Shown in pieces: positions 27,677 through 37,910 of a stretch of DNA of 64,000 nt (position 1 is the stretch's first letter; each line of letters starts with the position of its first letter). The notes under the pieces were generated by a model, which was not told where the DNA came from, did not search any database, and worked only from the letters and a program-made list of their open reading frames with translations. Source of the DNA: an uncultured Methanosarcinales archaeon. Its GTDB lineage: Archaea; Nanobdellota; Nanobdellia; Woesearchaeales; JACPBV01. The position numbers and the translations under genes were made by a program. The stretch is from positions 1-64,000 of the forward strand of contig CAZNZT010000007.1 in the NCBI GenBank assembly GCA_964577685.1. The letters are read 5' to 3'.

Positions 27677-30025
27677 ATGAAAAAAAGAGGTTTAAACTTT
27701 AGAAATTTGTTTTTTGTAGTTATACTTTTTATTTTATTCTTCTTTGTTTTATCTATTAATGCTAGAGATGTTTTGTCACAAATAAAGAAAGGGGACTATG
27801 AGATTTCTGTAGGAAGTGTTTTTAAGCATATAAGGATTGGCGAGTATGAGGTTTTTCCGATTACTATAAAAAACAAAAAATCAGAGAAGGTTAGCTTATC
27901 ATTTTCTTTTGAAGGTAATATTAGTAGTTTTATTAAAATAGATAGAAATAGTTTGGATTTAGAACCGAACTCAGAAGCTAGGCTTAATCTTTCTTTCTTT
28001 GGCGAGAGAATAGGTACTTATAATGGAAGCTTATTAGTTTATGGAGATATTAGCGAGGTAATTCCTGTGTATTTTATCGTAAGCAACCTGAAGAAAGATA
28101 TGATACATGCTATCGTTGTGGAGATAGAACCTTTAACAAAGCAGGCTTATCTTGGTGAGCCATTTAGGTATAGGGTTGATATACAGAATTTATTGACACA
28201 ACCATACGAATTAACTTTGTATCACTCTATAAGCAAGGTTGGTCACAGGACAACATACATACCAAATAAAACATTCTTTTTGGATACTGATAGACTCTAT
28301 ATAAATGCTTCTACTAGTATAATAAAGGAGTACGAAGTTCCTGATTTCATTAAACCTGGTGAATATTTGTTAACTGTTGAGGCAAAGTATCTAGATTTAA
28401 CATCATCTTCAAGTCTGAGGTTTGTTATAAAAGAGAAGGTTATGGACTTTCTTATATTTGGGATTTTGCCTGTGCGTTGGGTTTTTTTATTTTTAGCATT
28501 TCTTTCATTTCCTGTTTTTGGTTATCTTATATATAGGAGGCAAAGGAAAAAAAGAAAAAGGTATCAGACAAGGGTTAATTATTCCCTGTTAGCAAAACCA
28601 GGTCCAAGGTCTGTTAAGATAGGAAAAATCGCTGAAACGAATAGAGATGTTTACTTTGAGTTAGACCAATTGATGACTCATACATTAATAGCTGGTTCTA
28701 CTGGTGGTGGTAAGACGGTTGCAGCAGAGGTTCTGGTAGAAGAAGCATTGTTGAATAATGTTGCAGTTATTGCCTTTGATCCAACAGCACAGTGGAGTGG
28801 GTTTCTGAGAAGATGTCAAAATAAGAAGATGTTGGCTCTTTATCCTAAATTTGGTTTAAAAAAGACTGATGCGAGGGCATTCAATGGAAATGTGCATCAA
28901 ATAATAAATGCTAGACAGGTTATTGATATCAAGAAGTATATGGTTCCTGGAGAAATACATGTTTTTTGTATTAATCGGTTAGACCCATCAGATGCAGATA
29001 TTTTGGTTTCAAATACAATAAGGCAGGTTTTTAAGGCAAATCTGCCAGAAGCAACAGAACTTAAACTTTTAATAATCTTTGATGAGGTACATAGGCTGCT
29101 TCCTAAGTTTGGTGGTTCTGGAAGGGGGTTTATCCAAATAGAGAGGGGAGCAAGAGAGTTTAGAAAGTGGGGTGTTGGTTTAGTCCTTATTAGTCAGGTT
29201 TTATCTGATTTTGTTGGTGAGATAAAAGCAAACATTAACACAGAGATTCAAATGAGAACAAGAGACCAGGGGGACCTGGATAGAATAAAAAATAAGTATG
29301 GGGCTTATATGTTGCAGTCTTTGCTTAAGGCATCTACAGGTACAGGGATGGTTGAAAATGCAGCCTACAATGAAGGAAATCCTTTTTTTGTTACATTCAG
29401 GCCATTATTGCATGAACATGCAAGGTTATCTGATGAGGAACTTGAGAAGTACAATAAATATAACGAGATTATAGATGATTTAGAATATCAGATAGAACAA
29501 TTAAAAGAGGAGGGAGTGGATATATTTGACCTCAAGCTTGAGCTTAAGATGGCTTATGATAAGGTAAAGGCTGGGAGCTTTAATATGGTTGATATTTATC
29601 TTGAGGGATTAAGGCCTAGGTTAGAGGAGCAATGGAAGAGACTAGGAAAGAAACCAAAGAAGAGGGAAATAAAGCTTGTATCTGAGGAAGAGCTTGAAGA
29701 AGAATTTAAGAAAGCAAAAAGAGCTAGGGAAGAGTATGAGAAATCATCTGGTAAGGGCACCTTAGTGTCTGGTACAACTATAGAGAGAAAGAAACAAGCT
29801 GAGCTACCACCCTTGAAGCTTGCAACCGGACAAACTGTGACTAAAGTCCAAGAGCTTATTGATGCTGTGAATGTAATGGACGATGAGACCTTGAAGAAGC
29901 ATGTTAATGAGGAGAAGAATGATTTCGCTGACTGGGTAAAACCATTAAGCGAATCTGTTTCAAAGAAGCTAAAAGAAGCAAAATCCAAGGAAGATATAAT
30001 AGCTGTTCTAGAAGAATTGTCTTAG
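27677..30025 (+). CDS. Membrane-anchored HerA/FtsK-superfamily (DUF87-like) ATPase with extracellular Ig-like domains and C-terminal DUF5752-like domain
   Basis: Signal peptide, TM, HTLIAGSTGGGKT, AFDPT, IIFDEVHR, REFRKWGVGLVLISQ, C-terminal HVNEEKNDFADWV. Confidence 0.85.
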   Translation: MKKRGLNFRNLFFVVILFILFFFVLSINARDVLSQIKKGDYEISVGSVFKHIRIGEYEVFPITIKNKKSEKVSLSFSFEGNISSFIKIDRNSLDLEPNSEARLNLSFFGERIGTYNGSLLVYGDISEVIPVYFIVSNLKKDMIHAIVVEIEPLTKQAYLGEPFRYRVDIQNLLTQPYELTLYHSISKVGHRTTYIPNKTFFLDTDRLYINASTSIIKEYEVPDFIKPGEYLLTVEAKYLDLTSSSSLRFVIKEKVMDFLIFGILPVRWVFLFLAFLSFPVFGYLIYRRQRKKRKRYQTRVNYSLLAKPGPRSVKIGKIAETNRDVYFELDQLMTHTLIAGSTGGGKTVAAEVLVEEALLNNVAVIAFDPTAQWSGFLRRCQNKKMLALYPKFGLKKTDARAFNGNVHQIINARQVIDIKKYMVPGEIHVFCINRLDPSDADILVSNTIRQVFKANLPEATELKLLIIFDEVHRLLPKFGGSGRGFIQIERGAREFRKWGVGLVLISQVLSDFVGEIKANINTEIQMRTRDQGDLDRIKNKYGAYMLQSLLKASTGTGMVENAAYNEGNPFFVTFRPLLHEHARLSDEELEKYNKYNEIIDDLEYQIEQLKEEGVDIFDLKLELKMAYDKVKAGSFNMVDIYLEGLRPRLEEQWKRLGKKPKKREIKLVSEEELEEEFKKAKRAREEYEKSSGKGTLVSGTTIERKKQAELPPLKLATGQTVTKVQELIDAVNVMDDETLKKHVNEEKNDFADWVKPLSESVSKKLKEAKSKEDIIAVLEELS

Positions 30026-30037
30026 GTGTTTGCTTGT

Positions 30038-31708
30038 TTATATGTGCTTATGCTTTTCTTTCTTTTTCTTTCTTTTCCATAGGATCAGTATAATCAGGAT
30101 TATGATTATTATCAATAGCGAGTAAAATAGATAATCTATTCCTACAAGTATTAATTCAAATTCAGCTTCTATTATTTTTACAAGGCTATCTTTTCTTTCT
30201 CCATAGTATGCCCTTACCTTTACTATGCCATTGTCTTCTATATCTTCTTCCTCTAGTTTTACCCTTACCTTTTGTTTTTTGCTTTTACCTGCTTTGATAT
30301 AGGCAATATCATCAGCACCAAAGCTTTGTGGTATTTTATCTATTAAGATATCTACTATCTCTACATCAACATAACAATCCACATCTCCGATATTTTCTAT
30401 ATCAATATAAAAGATACCTTTTCTTTTGTCATACTTTAATCCTGTTAGCTTTATTTTACACCTATCTAAAATTTCTACTGTTTCTACAATTACTGTTTTG
30501 TCTATTACCTTTTCCATAGAGCCTTTTGATTCTCCATAGATAATATAAGCGTGAGCTGTTATATTCCCTTCCGGGATTGGTTCAACATCATATACAAAGG
30601 TCCTTAGTTCCTTTCCATCAAGAAAAACAGGCTCAATATCTCCTACTTTTTGCTCCAACCCACCTGGGCCTTTTATAGTGTAGGTTCCTTTAAGATATAC
30701 TGCTTGTTCTTCTGTGTTCCTTATGCTTACTTCTAATTTATTTGTTGCTCTATTGTATTTTATGGAATCAAGTTCAATGTTAAGACTATAAACTGGTAGA
30801 TAGAACATATCCAGTGCCTCTACCTGTGAGATTGCCCCTCTTGGAGCCCTAGCCCCCTGTGCGAACTTGACAAATACACTGATACCTACATTTCTTCTTA
30901 TGTATGTTGCAGTACCAACAAGCTCATTTCCAATGAGTATTCCTATTTCTATCTCACTTGATTGTATGTATTCCTTTGCTATATCTGGTACATTATTTGA
31001 ACCTATAAATATTACAGGCTCTAATCCAGACATGATTTCTTTTTCAATGAATTCACCATTGGTTAATACCGCTTGTTTTGAGTGTTTTATTTCTTGATAC
31101 TTTTTGACAATCTCTATGTTATTTGCGAACCTATCACCTTCTTTGTTTATTATTTCTGGATTATACTTAGCTAATGTGTTTTTTACTTGCCTGTCTATGT
31201 TTCCATAGATTAGTATTTTATTTACAGTTCTTCCACTCAAAAACGAGTCAATTTCTCTTATATTATTCCTATCTGCAAAGAGAACATAGGAATTTGATAC
31301 AATGGCATAGGGAGCTACACTAATTGCATTGTACCCATAAGAATCATCAACTATTATGAAGTTTGTTACATTTAGCTTCTTTGCAAGTTCAAGGTTTGCA
31401 TTATCGTAAATATTTTCTGTAGCTGGATAGCCCTCATTCCTTAATACACTTTCGTATCCAACAATAAATGGTCTTGATTTTGAACTTATTACCTCTAGCG
31501 GTGTTCCTTTTGGTATTGAGTTGAGAATAAGCCTGCTATGTCTTGCACTAACTAAGAAATTTGCTGTTGTTTTGGTTAGGCTACCATAGAGCATACCAGA
31601 GTAAACATCCCTCCAGTCTTCAGAGTTGATTATAATCTGCCCGGCAGAATAGGCTATCTTAGTTAGTAAGAATAAAAATATCAACATCATCAAATAAATC
31701 TTTTTCAT
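30038..31708 (-). CDS. Secreted, C-terminally membrane-anchored protein; N-terminal region resembles cell-wall-binding repeat 2, followed by Ig-like domains
   Basis: Signal peptide, ILIYG...EGDRFANN segment, C-terminal TM plus basic tail. Confidence 0.7.
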   Translation of the reverse strand: MKKIYLMMLIFLFLLTKIAYSAGQIIINSEDWRDVYSGMLYGSLTKTTANFLVSARHSRLILNSIPKGTPLEVISSKSRPFIVGYESVLRNEGYPATENIYDNANLELAKKLNVTNFIIVDDSYGYNAISVAPYAIVSNSYVLFADRNNIREIDSFLSGRTVNKILIYGNIDRQVKNTLAKYNPEIINKEGDRFANNIEIVKKYQEIKHSKQAVLTNGEFIEKEIMSGLEPVIFIGSNNVPDIAKEYIQSSEIEIGILIGNELVGTATYIRRNVGISVFVKFAQGARAPRGAISQVEALDMFYLPVYSLNIELDSIKYNRATNKLEVSIRNTEEQAVYLKGTYTIKGPGGLEQKVGDIEPVFLDGKELRTFVYDVEPIPEGNITAHAYIIYGESKGSMEKVIDKTVIVETVEILDRCKIKLTGLKYDKRKGIFYIDIENIGDVDCYVDVEIVDILIDKIPQSFGADDIAYIKAGKSKKQKVRVKLEEEDIEDNGIVKVRAYYGERKDSLVKIIEAEFELILVGIDYLFYSLLIIIIILIILILWKRKKKKEKHKHI

Positions 31709-31829
31709 AAGGTAGCCCCACCTCTTTTATTTCATAGTTCTTGCTAGGATTAATATATAAATCTTTTGTTTTGCAAGATTTTTGATTTTTTTATAAAGAT
31801 TTAAATATTAAAAACTAATTCTTGGATTT

Positions 31830-32918
31830 ATGGCAAGGATAATAGATCCATATGGCTCTGAACTAGTAGAGGACTATGTTAAGATTATAAGGGAGTTTGG
31901 TTTGGATAGATTTAGTCTTAGAGGTTATCCTAATCCTAACATGCTAATGAGGAGAGGGGTTATATTTGCAGAGAGGGATATGGGTGCTGTAAAGAAGGCA
32001 ATTAGAGAAAAGGAGCCTTTTTATGTTTTGTCAGGAATTATGCCAACTGCCAGAAAGGTGCATTTTGGTACTAAGATGGTAGTAGAGAATATAGCTTACT
32101 TCCAAAAGCATGGAGCCAAGACTTATTGTTTGATAGCTGATTTAGAAGCAATGGCAGCTAGAGGGATAAGCCTAGAGGAAGCAAGAAAGAATGCTCTTGA
32201 GTTTCATATACCAACTTATATAGCCTTGGGATTAGACCCTAAGAAAACTATTTTTTATTTTCAATCAGACAATAAGAAGGTAATAGAGCTAGCGTATTTA
32301 GCCTCCAGTAAGATTACATTGAACGAGTTTAGAGCTGTTTACGGACAAGCAGACCCTTCAAGGATTATATCTGCATTAACTCAAATAGGAGATATACTTT
32401 ATCCCCAACTTGAGAGAAGGATGCCTGGCGTAATACCTGTTGGTATCGACCAAGACCCCCATATAAGATTAACTAGGGATGTTGTGAGAAGAATGAAAGA
32501 GAAGAGATTTATCCTACCTGCTGGCTTGTATCATAAGTTTACTCCATCATTGGATGGAGAAATCAAGATGTCAAAGTCGAGACCAGAGAGTTGTATAGAC
32601 TTACCAGAGGATCTAGATAAGATTGCTAGGAAAATTATGAGGGCAAAAACAGGTGGGAGAGAGAGCATAGAAAAACAACGGAGGTTGGGTGGAGAGCCAG
32701 AGAAATGTGTAATATTTGAGTTATATAAACAGCATCTCATAGAGGATGATGATAAGCTAAAGAGGATTTATAATGAGTGTAAATCTGGGAAACTATTGTG
32801 TGGGGAAGATAAGAGGAATTGTTGCGAGCTAATGATATCTTTTATGAAAAGATTGGAGTCTAATATTAAAAAAGCAAAAGAGATTACAGATAAGCTGAAT
32901 TTCATAAGATTTAAATAG
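31830..32918 (+). CDS. trpS: Tryptophanyl-tRNA synthetase, archaeal type
   Basis: SGIMPT..VHFGT, PVGIDQDPHIRLTRD, KMSKS, KTGGR...QRRLGGEPEKC. Confidence 0.93.
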   Translation: MARIIDPYGSELVEDYVKIIREFGLDRFSLRGYPNPNMLMRRGVIFAERDMGAVKKAIREKEPFYVLSGIMPTARKVHFGTKMVVENIAYFQKHGAKTYCLIADLEAMAARGISLEEARKNALEFHIPTYIALGLDPKKTIFYFQSDNKKVIELAYLASSKITLNEFRAVYGQADPSRIISALTQIGDILYPQLERRMPGVIPVGIDQDPHIRLTRDVVRRMKEKRFILPAGLYHKFTPSLDGEIKMSKSRPESCIDLPEDLDKIARKIMRAKTGGRESIEKQRRLGGEPEKCVIFELYKQHLIEDDDKLKRIYNECKSGKLLCGEDKRNCCELMISFMKRLESNIKKAKEITDKLNFIRFK

Positions 32919-32953
32919 TTTTTTTGTTATTAGTCAATAAATAATCAAAAGAG

Positions 32954-33172
32954 GTGAGATATATGTTGGCTAAGGTTGCTCCATTGAAGGGTTCTTTTAT
33001 GGTTACAGCAATTGTTGGATTTTTGATTTCTGCAGTATGGGTATTTCCGAAGAATAAAAGCTGGGGATTTGCATTTTTAGTTTTTTTTGCAGCAATGTTT
33101 ATTGCTTCAATAATATCTATGACTTACTCCCCTGTTTTTCCGGAGTTAGAGAAAGGTAGAAGAAAAAAATAA
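32954..33172 (+). CDS. Small 2-TM membrane protein; likely start ATG 32963
   Basis: Two hydrophobic helices; SD GAGGTG upstream of 32963. Confidence 0.7.
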   Translation: MRYMLAKVAPLKGSFMVTAIVGFLISAVWVFPKNKSWGFAFLVFFAAMFIASIISMTYSPVFPELEKGRRKK

Positions 33173-33321
33173 AAAAGAAAAAGAAAAGATATGACCTGGG
33201 GGGTAAAGGCCTTATCTTTTTAGTAATCTTTTGTTTATTATCACTTTTATAATTAGATTGTGAAGTTTTGTTATATACCAGAAGTTCATAAAATTTATAA
33301 ATCGTAAATCTGATTCCTTAG

Positions 33322-34008
33322 ATGATGGTAACTTACATCTTTGGTCCTGAGTGGTTTTATGGAATTGATACTATTTTTGATATGGTTTCTATAGTTGTAT
33401 CTTTTATGATAGCTTATTTTGGTTATAGGTGTTATAAATATTCTTCCCAGAAGAGATACCTTTATTTTTCTTCCTCTTTTTTTCTTGTGGCATTGGCTTT
33501 TATTATAAAGATAATTACTACTATTCCTGTTTATGCTAGAGAGATAACGCAAAGAACAATTGGTTTTTTGACAATAACTACTACAAACTATGTTAGGATT
33601 GTGTGGATTCATAGATTTGGTATATTCTTAGCTAGGTTTCTTATGATTTCATCTTTTCTGATGTTGTTTCTTCTTTTGATGAAGATAAGAAATAAGAAAG
33701 TAATTGTTCTGCTTTTTTATTTTGCACTTATTACTACCTTGTTGAGCCAATATTCATATTTTGTTTTCCATTTAACCTTGGCTTTATTTTTGTTTTACCT
33801 GTCTCTTGGGTTTAGAAAAAATTATTTAAGAACAAGGTTAAAGAATGCTGGACTTGTGATGTGTTCTTTTTATGTGCTTTTCCTTTCTCAGCTTGTGTTT
33901 ATTTTTGATTTGATAAATAAAAATTGTTATGTTGTTGGAGAAGTAATCCAGCTTGTTGGTTATCTTATATTACTTTTCACACTGATTAGGTTGTATTTTA
34001 AAAAATGA
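33322..34008 (+). CDS. Multi-pass (about 7 TM) membrane protein
   Basis: Hydrophobic helices throughout; ATGA overlap with the wHTH gene. Confidence 0.8.
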   Translation: MMVTYIFGPEWFYGIDTIFDMVSIVVSFMIAYFGYRCYKYSSQKRYLYFSSSFFLVALAFIIKIITTIPVYAREITQRTIGFLTITTTNYVRIVWIHRFGIFLARFLMISSFLMLFLLLMKIRNKKVIVLLFYFALITTLLSQYSYFVFHLTLALFLFYLSLGFRKNYLRTRLKNAGLVMCSFYVLFLSQLVFIFDLINKNCYVVGEVIQLVGYLILLFTLIRLYFKK

Positions 34009-34271
34009 GAAGGACAAAACTTGAGATTGTTAATGACATATTGATTGCGATTAATAATAGTGGGGGTAAGATTAAACCTACAAGGTTGCTCTATAAAGCT
34101 AATCTTTCCTATAGAAAACTTATTGAGTATGTAAACGAACTGAGGGATAAAAAAATGGTTTTAGAGAAGATAATAGATAATAAGCGTTATTACACTATAA
34201 CAGAAAAAGGAATTATGTTTATAAATGAATTCAAGAAGATAAAAGAGTTTTCTGATTCTTTTGGTTTATAG
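34005..34271 (+). CDS. Winged-helix regulator (archaeal HTH_45-like)
   Basis: RRTKLEIVNDIL...PTRLLYKANLSY...YYTITEKG. Confidence 0.88.
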   Translation: MRRTKLEIVNDILIAINNSGGKIKPTRLLYKANLSYRKLIEYVNELRDKKMVLEKIIDNKRYYTITEKGIMFINEFKKIKEFSDSFGL

Positions 34272-35264
34272 GTGGTGAAAATGATAGACGCTAATATAAA
34301 AAGACTTAATCAAAAAGCCAAGAAGTATAGCGGATTAATAGGTAATGTGCTGAATGAGATTAGGAAGGTGATTGTTGGGCAAGAGGATATTCTAGAGAAG
34401 ATAATGATTGGTTTGATTTCAGATGGACATATCCTTATTGAAGGTGTACCTGGTTTAGCAAAGACCTTAATGGTGAAGACATTGGCGGAGACAATAAGAG
34501 CAAGGTTTCAGAGGATTCAGTTTACTCCAGATTTGCTTCCTGCGGATTTAATAGGGACTAAAATATTTAATATGAAGACAAATACATTTACAACTAAGAA
34601 GGGCCCAATTTTTGCAAACTTTATATTGGCTGACGAAATTAATAGGGCTCCTCCTAAATGTCAATCTGCTTTGTTGGAGGCTATGCAGGAGAGACAGGTG
34701 ACAATCGGGGAGAATACCTTCAGGCTTGAGAAACCATTTCTAGTACTTGCTACAATGAATCCATTAGAGCATGAAGGAGTTTATGCTCTACCTGAGGCAC
34801 AGGTTGATAGGTTTATGTTCAAGCTTCTTATAAGCTATCCATCAAGAGAGGAGGAGAAGGTAATAATAGATAGAATGACTGAAGGGGTAGAGATAAATGT
34901 TAGGCAGGTTATTACGCCTCAGGAGATTGTTGAGATTCAAAAATTCAATCAGATGATTTATGCGGATGAGAAAATAAAAGAGTATGTTACATCCATCGTC
35001 TATGCCACTAGGCATCCAGAGGAGTTTGATATGGAGGGGATTGTTGACTATGGTGCTTCACCTAGGGCATCAATCTGGTTAATTCTTGCAGGGAAGGCAC
35101 ATGCAATGTTGAATGGGAGAGGCTATGTGATTCCAGAGGATATACAGGCAGTGGCACATGATGTATTGAGACATAGATTATTGTTAAGTTATGAGGCTGA
35201 AGCAGAAGAGATAAATCCAGATAGCGTCATTGATAAGATATTGAGTCTTGTCAAGGTCCCATAA
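34272..35264 (+). CDS. moxR: MoxR-family AAA+ ATPase
   Basis: GVPGLAKT, RIQFTPDLLPAD, ADEINRAPPK, LLEAMQERQVT, LPEAQVDRF, GASPRA. Confidence 0.95.
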   Translation: MVKMIDANIKRLNQKAKKYSGLIGNVLNEIRKVIVGQEDILEKIMIGLISDGHILIEGVPGLAKTLMVKTLAETIRARFQRIQFTPDLLPADLIGTKIFNMKTNTFTTKKGPIFANFILADEINRAPPKCQSALLEAMQERQVTIGENTFRLEKPFLVLATMNPLEHEGVYALPEAQVDRFMFKLLISYPSREEEKVIIDRMTEGVEINVRQVITPQEIVEIQKFNQMIYADEKIKEYVTSIVYATRHPEEFDMEGIVDYGASPRASIWLILAGKAHAMLNGRGYVIPEDIQAVAHDVLRHRLLLSYEAEAEEINPDSVIDKILSLVKVP

Positions 35265-36069
35265 AATGAGAAGTAAATACTTACTTGGGTATTTGCTATT
35301 TTTTTTCTTAGGTATTATTGTAAGCTCTGCTTTTTATGCTAATTTTATTCTGTATAGCAATTTGAAGACAAGTAGTTGTATAGTAGGCAGTGGAGAGGTT
35401 AAGAAAGAGGAAACCCAGGGGGTTGCAGAGCATCATGGAAAGTTTTTAGTATCTATTTATAGCATTCCTATTGTTGCTGTTAATAGATTTGAAGAGAAAG
35501 GTGTTGTTGGGAATCTTACTTTGAGATTGATCCCTGGTAATAGCAATGTTCTTATTGATACAAATCCTTTTTTGGAAACAGATGTGCAATATTCTGCTAA
35601 TACTGCTGTGGCGGTTGCAAAGCTTACTACCAATAAATTTGTTGCAAACAAAGATTTTGTTTTTAGTTACAATATACCTTCTCAGGTTATAGGGGGAGAA
35701 TCAGCAGGAGCTGCAACAGCTCTTGTCACTATAGCAGCCTTAGAAGGTAGAAAAATAAAACCAAATGTTGCAATTACTGGCACGATAGAAGCGAATGGCG
35801 ATATTGGTAGAGTGGGTGGAATATTAGAAAAGGCAAAGGCAGTTGCAGATGCAGGATATAAAGTATTTCTTATACCAAAAGGACAATCAAAGATTCGTTA
35901 TTATGAAAAGAAAATAAAGAAAGAGGATTTTGGATTTGGCTTTTATTTGTATAATACCTATTATGTTCCTAGAGTTTTAGATATATCAAAAGAGGTTGAA
36001 AAGGAGTGGGGTTTGAAACTTATAGAGGTTTCAAACATTAAAGAGGCAATGAAATATATGCTTGAATAG
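35248..36069 (+). CDS. Membrane-anchored Lon-like S16 serine protease (no ATPase domain); likely start ATG 35266
   Basis: N-terminal TM; Ser-Lys dyad IGGESAGAA...ITGTI...VGGILEKAKA. Confidence 0.88.
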   Translation: MSRSHKMRSKYLLGYLLFFFLGIIVSSAFYANFILYSNLKTSSCIVGSGEVKKEETQGVAEHHGKFLVSIYSIPIVAVNRFEEKGVVGNLTLRLIPGNSNVLIDTNPFLETDVQYSANTAVAVAKLTTNKFVANKDFVFSYNIPSQVIGGESAGAATALVTIAALEGRKIKPNVAITGTIEANGDIGRVGGILEKAKAVADAGYKVFLIPKGQSKIRYYEKKIKKEDFGFGFYLYNTYYVPRVLDISKEVEKEWGLKLIEVSNIKEAMKYMLE

Positions 36070-36084
36070 TTCTTTGAGGATAAA

Positions 36085-36963
36085 ATGTATGATGCCAAAG
36101 ATATAATAAAGAAAGTGAAGAAAATTGAGATTAAAACAAGAAAGCTTGTAGAAGGATTGCTTCAGGGAGCCTATCATTCCGTTTTTAAGGGTAGAGGAAT
36201 AGAATTCTCTGAGATTAGAGAATATCAGATAGGGGATGATATACGGACTATTGATTGGAATGTTACCGCAAAAATGGGCGCCCTTTATGTTAAGCAGTTT
36301 GTTGAAGAGAGAGATTTAACGGTTTATATTGTTTTTGATGTTTCTGCTTCCAATGAGTTTGGGTTTAAAAAGGAAAAAAAAGAGACTGCGATAGAGTTGG
36401 CAGCCTCGTTGATATTTGCTGCTATGAGGAATAATGATAGGGTTGGTTTGATTTTGTTTACAAATAAGGTTGAGAGGTTTATACCTCCAAGGAAAGGAAA
36501 GAGGCATGCGTTTAAATTGATTAGGGAGCTTGTGTATTACCAACCAGAAGAGAGAGGCACTGATTTGGGTGTGGCTTTAGAGTATTTATCAAAAATCGTT
36601 AGGAAGAGGAGCGTTATTTTTATTATCTCTGACTTTTTTACACGGGACTTTTCAAGGCCCATAAAAATAATGAAGGGAAAACATGATATCGTGGCTTTTA
36701 ATATTTTTGATATAAGGGAAAGAGAGATACCTGATGTTGGTTATATCTTTTTGGAGGACCAGGAGACAGGAGAGCAGATTTTGGTTAATACATCTGATGA
36801 AAATTTTAGGAAGGAATACTCAAGGTTGGCTAAGGAATATGAAAACAGTCTGGAAAAGAAGTTTAAGAATCTTGGTATTGATTTCATTAGGTTAGGGGAC
36901 GAGTTGATTGAAGTTACACTAAGAAAGTTCTTTAAGATGAGAATTAAAAGGCTGGTAAGATGA
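36085..36963 (+). CDS. DUF58 (MoxR-associated VWA-like) protein
   Basis: GRGIEFSEIREYQIGDDIRTIDWNVTA, EERDL, ISDF. Confidence 0.93.
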   Translation: MYDAKDIIKKVKKIEIKTRKLVEGLLQGAYHSVFKGRGIEFSEIREYQIGDDIRTIDWNVTAKMGALYVKQFVEERDLTVYIVFDVSASNEFGFKKEKKETAIELAASLIFAAMRNNDRVGLILFTNKVERFIPPRKGKRHAFKLIRELVYYQPEERGTDLGVALEYLSKIVRKRSVIFIISDFFTRDFSRPIKIMKGKHDIVAFNIFDIREREIPDVGYIFLEDQETGEQILVNTSDENFRKEYSRLAKEYENSLEKKFKNLGIDFIRLGDELIEVTLRKFFKMRIKRLVR

Positions 36964-37910
36964 GGTATTTAAGTTTCCTTAATCCTGAATTGCTTTGGTT
37001 TTTGTTAGTGGTTCCTCTCATTTATTACATATATTTGCTTTATATTAGGAAGAAGAAGCAGGAAACAATAAAGTTTAGCCATCTTGAATTGATAAAAAAG
37101 GCAGCAAAGAAATCAAATAGAAGACAAAGTATTCTGTTTTATTTTAGTTTAACAATGCTTTTTTTGGCTATTGTTGCATTGGCAGACCCTCATATACCCT
37201 TAAAAAAGACGAAGGAAGGGGTGAACCTTGTTTTGGTTTTGGATGTTAGTGGTTCAATGCAAGCTACTGATTATAAGCCTTCAAGATTGGAAGCAGCGAA
37301 AAGGGCAGCAGAGACTTTAATTAGAGATTTAAGACCGAAGGATAATGTTGGTATAGTAATATTTGAGTCCGGAGCAACCACCGCAGCCTATTTAAGCCCA
37401 TTTAAGGATAGAGTTATAGATAAGTTGAGAGCTATTGAATCAAAAGAGGGTAGGACAGCACTTGGAGATGGTTTAAGTCTTGGGGTTGATATGGCACTAT
37501 CTATACCAAACAAAAAGAAACTTGTTGTTCTTTTGAGTGATGGTGTCAATAATGCCGGAGTAATAAGTCCTGATGAGGCGATAGGATTTGCAAAGCAGAA
37601 CAATGTTCAGGTTTTTACTATTGGCATGGGCTCTAAAGAGCCTGTTGTGCTAGGTTATGATTGGTTTGGAAATCCCCAGTATGCAGAATTGGACGAAGAT
37701 ACTCTAAAGAGGATAGCAAAAGAAACAGGGGGAGAATATTTTAAGTCTGTTGATTCTAAAACACTTGATAGGATATATAGTCAGCTTTCGCAGAAGATAA
37801 AAAGGGAAAAAGAACTAACATCAATAAAGGATTGGTTTATTATCTCAATAATCTTTTTGCTCTTAATTGAGTTATATATAAGATATGGAAGATATAGGGT
37901 GTTACAATGA
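36960..37910 (+). CDS. BatA-like VWA membrane protein
   Basis: N-terminal FLNP..LW, MIDAS DVSGSM, TALGDGL, LLSDG, IAKETGGEYF. Confidence 0.92.
   Translation: MRYLSFLNPELLWFLLVVPLIYYIYLLYIRKKKQETIKFSHLELIKKAAKKSNRRQSILFYFSLTMLFLAIVALADPHIPLKKTKEGVNLVLVLDVSGSMQATDYKPSRLEAAKRAAETLIRDLRPKDNVGIVIFESGATTAAYLSPFKDRVIDKLRAIESKEGRTALGDGLSLGVDMALSIPNKKKLVVLLSDGVNNAGVISPDEAIGFAKQNNVQVFTIGMGSKEPVVLGYDWFGNPQYAELDEDTLKRIAKETGGEYFKSVDSKTLDRIYSQLSQKIKREKELTSIKDWFIISIIFLLLIELYIRYGRYRVLQ

Noticed and set aside
27677..30025. Canonical DNA-repair HerA partnering mre11
   Set aside because: It has a signal peptide, ectodomain and TM, no N-terminal HAS barrel, and no nurA or rad50 nearby.
33184..33222. Hairpin AAAAGATA..ACCT/AGGC..TATCTTTT as ncRNA or terminator
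   Set aside because: Imperfect stem made mostly of A/T; insufficient support.
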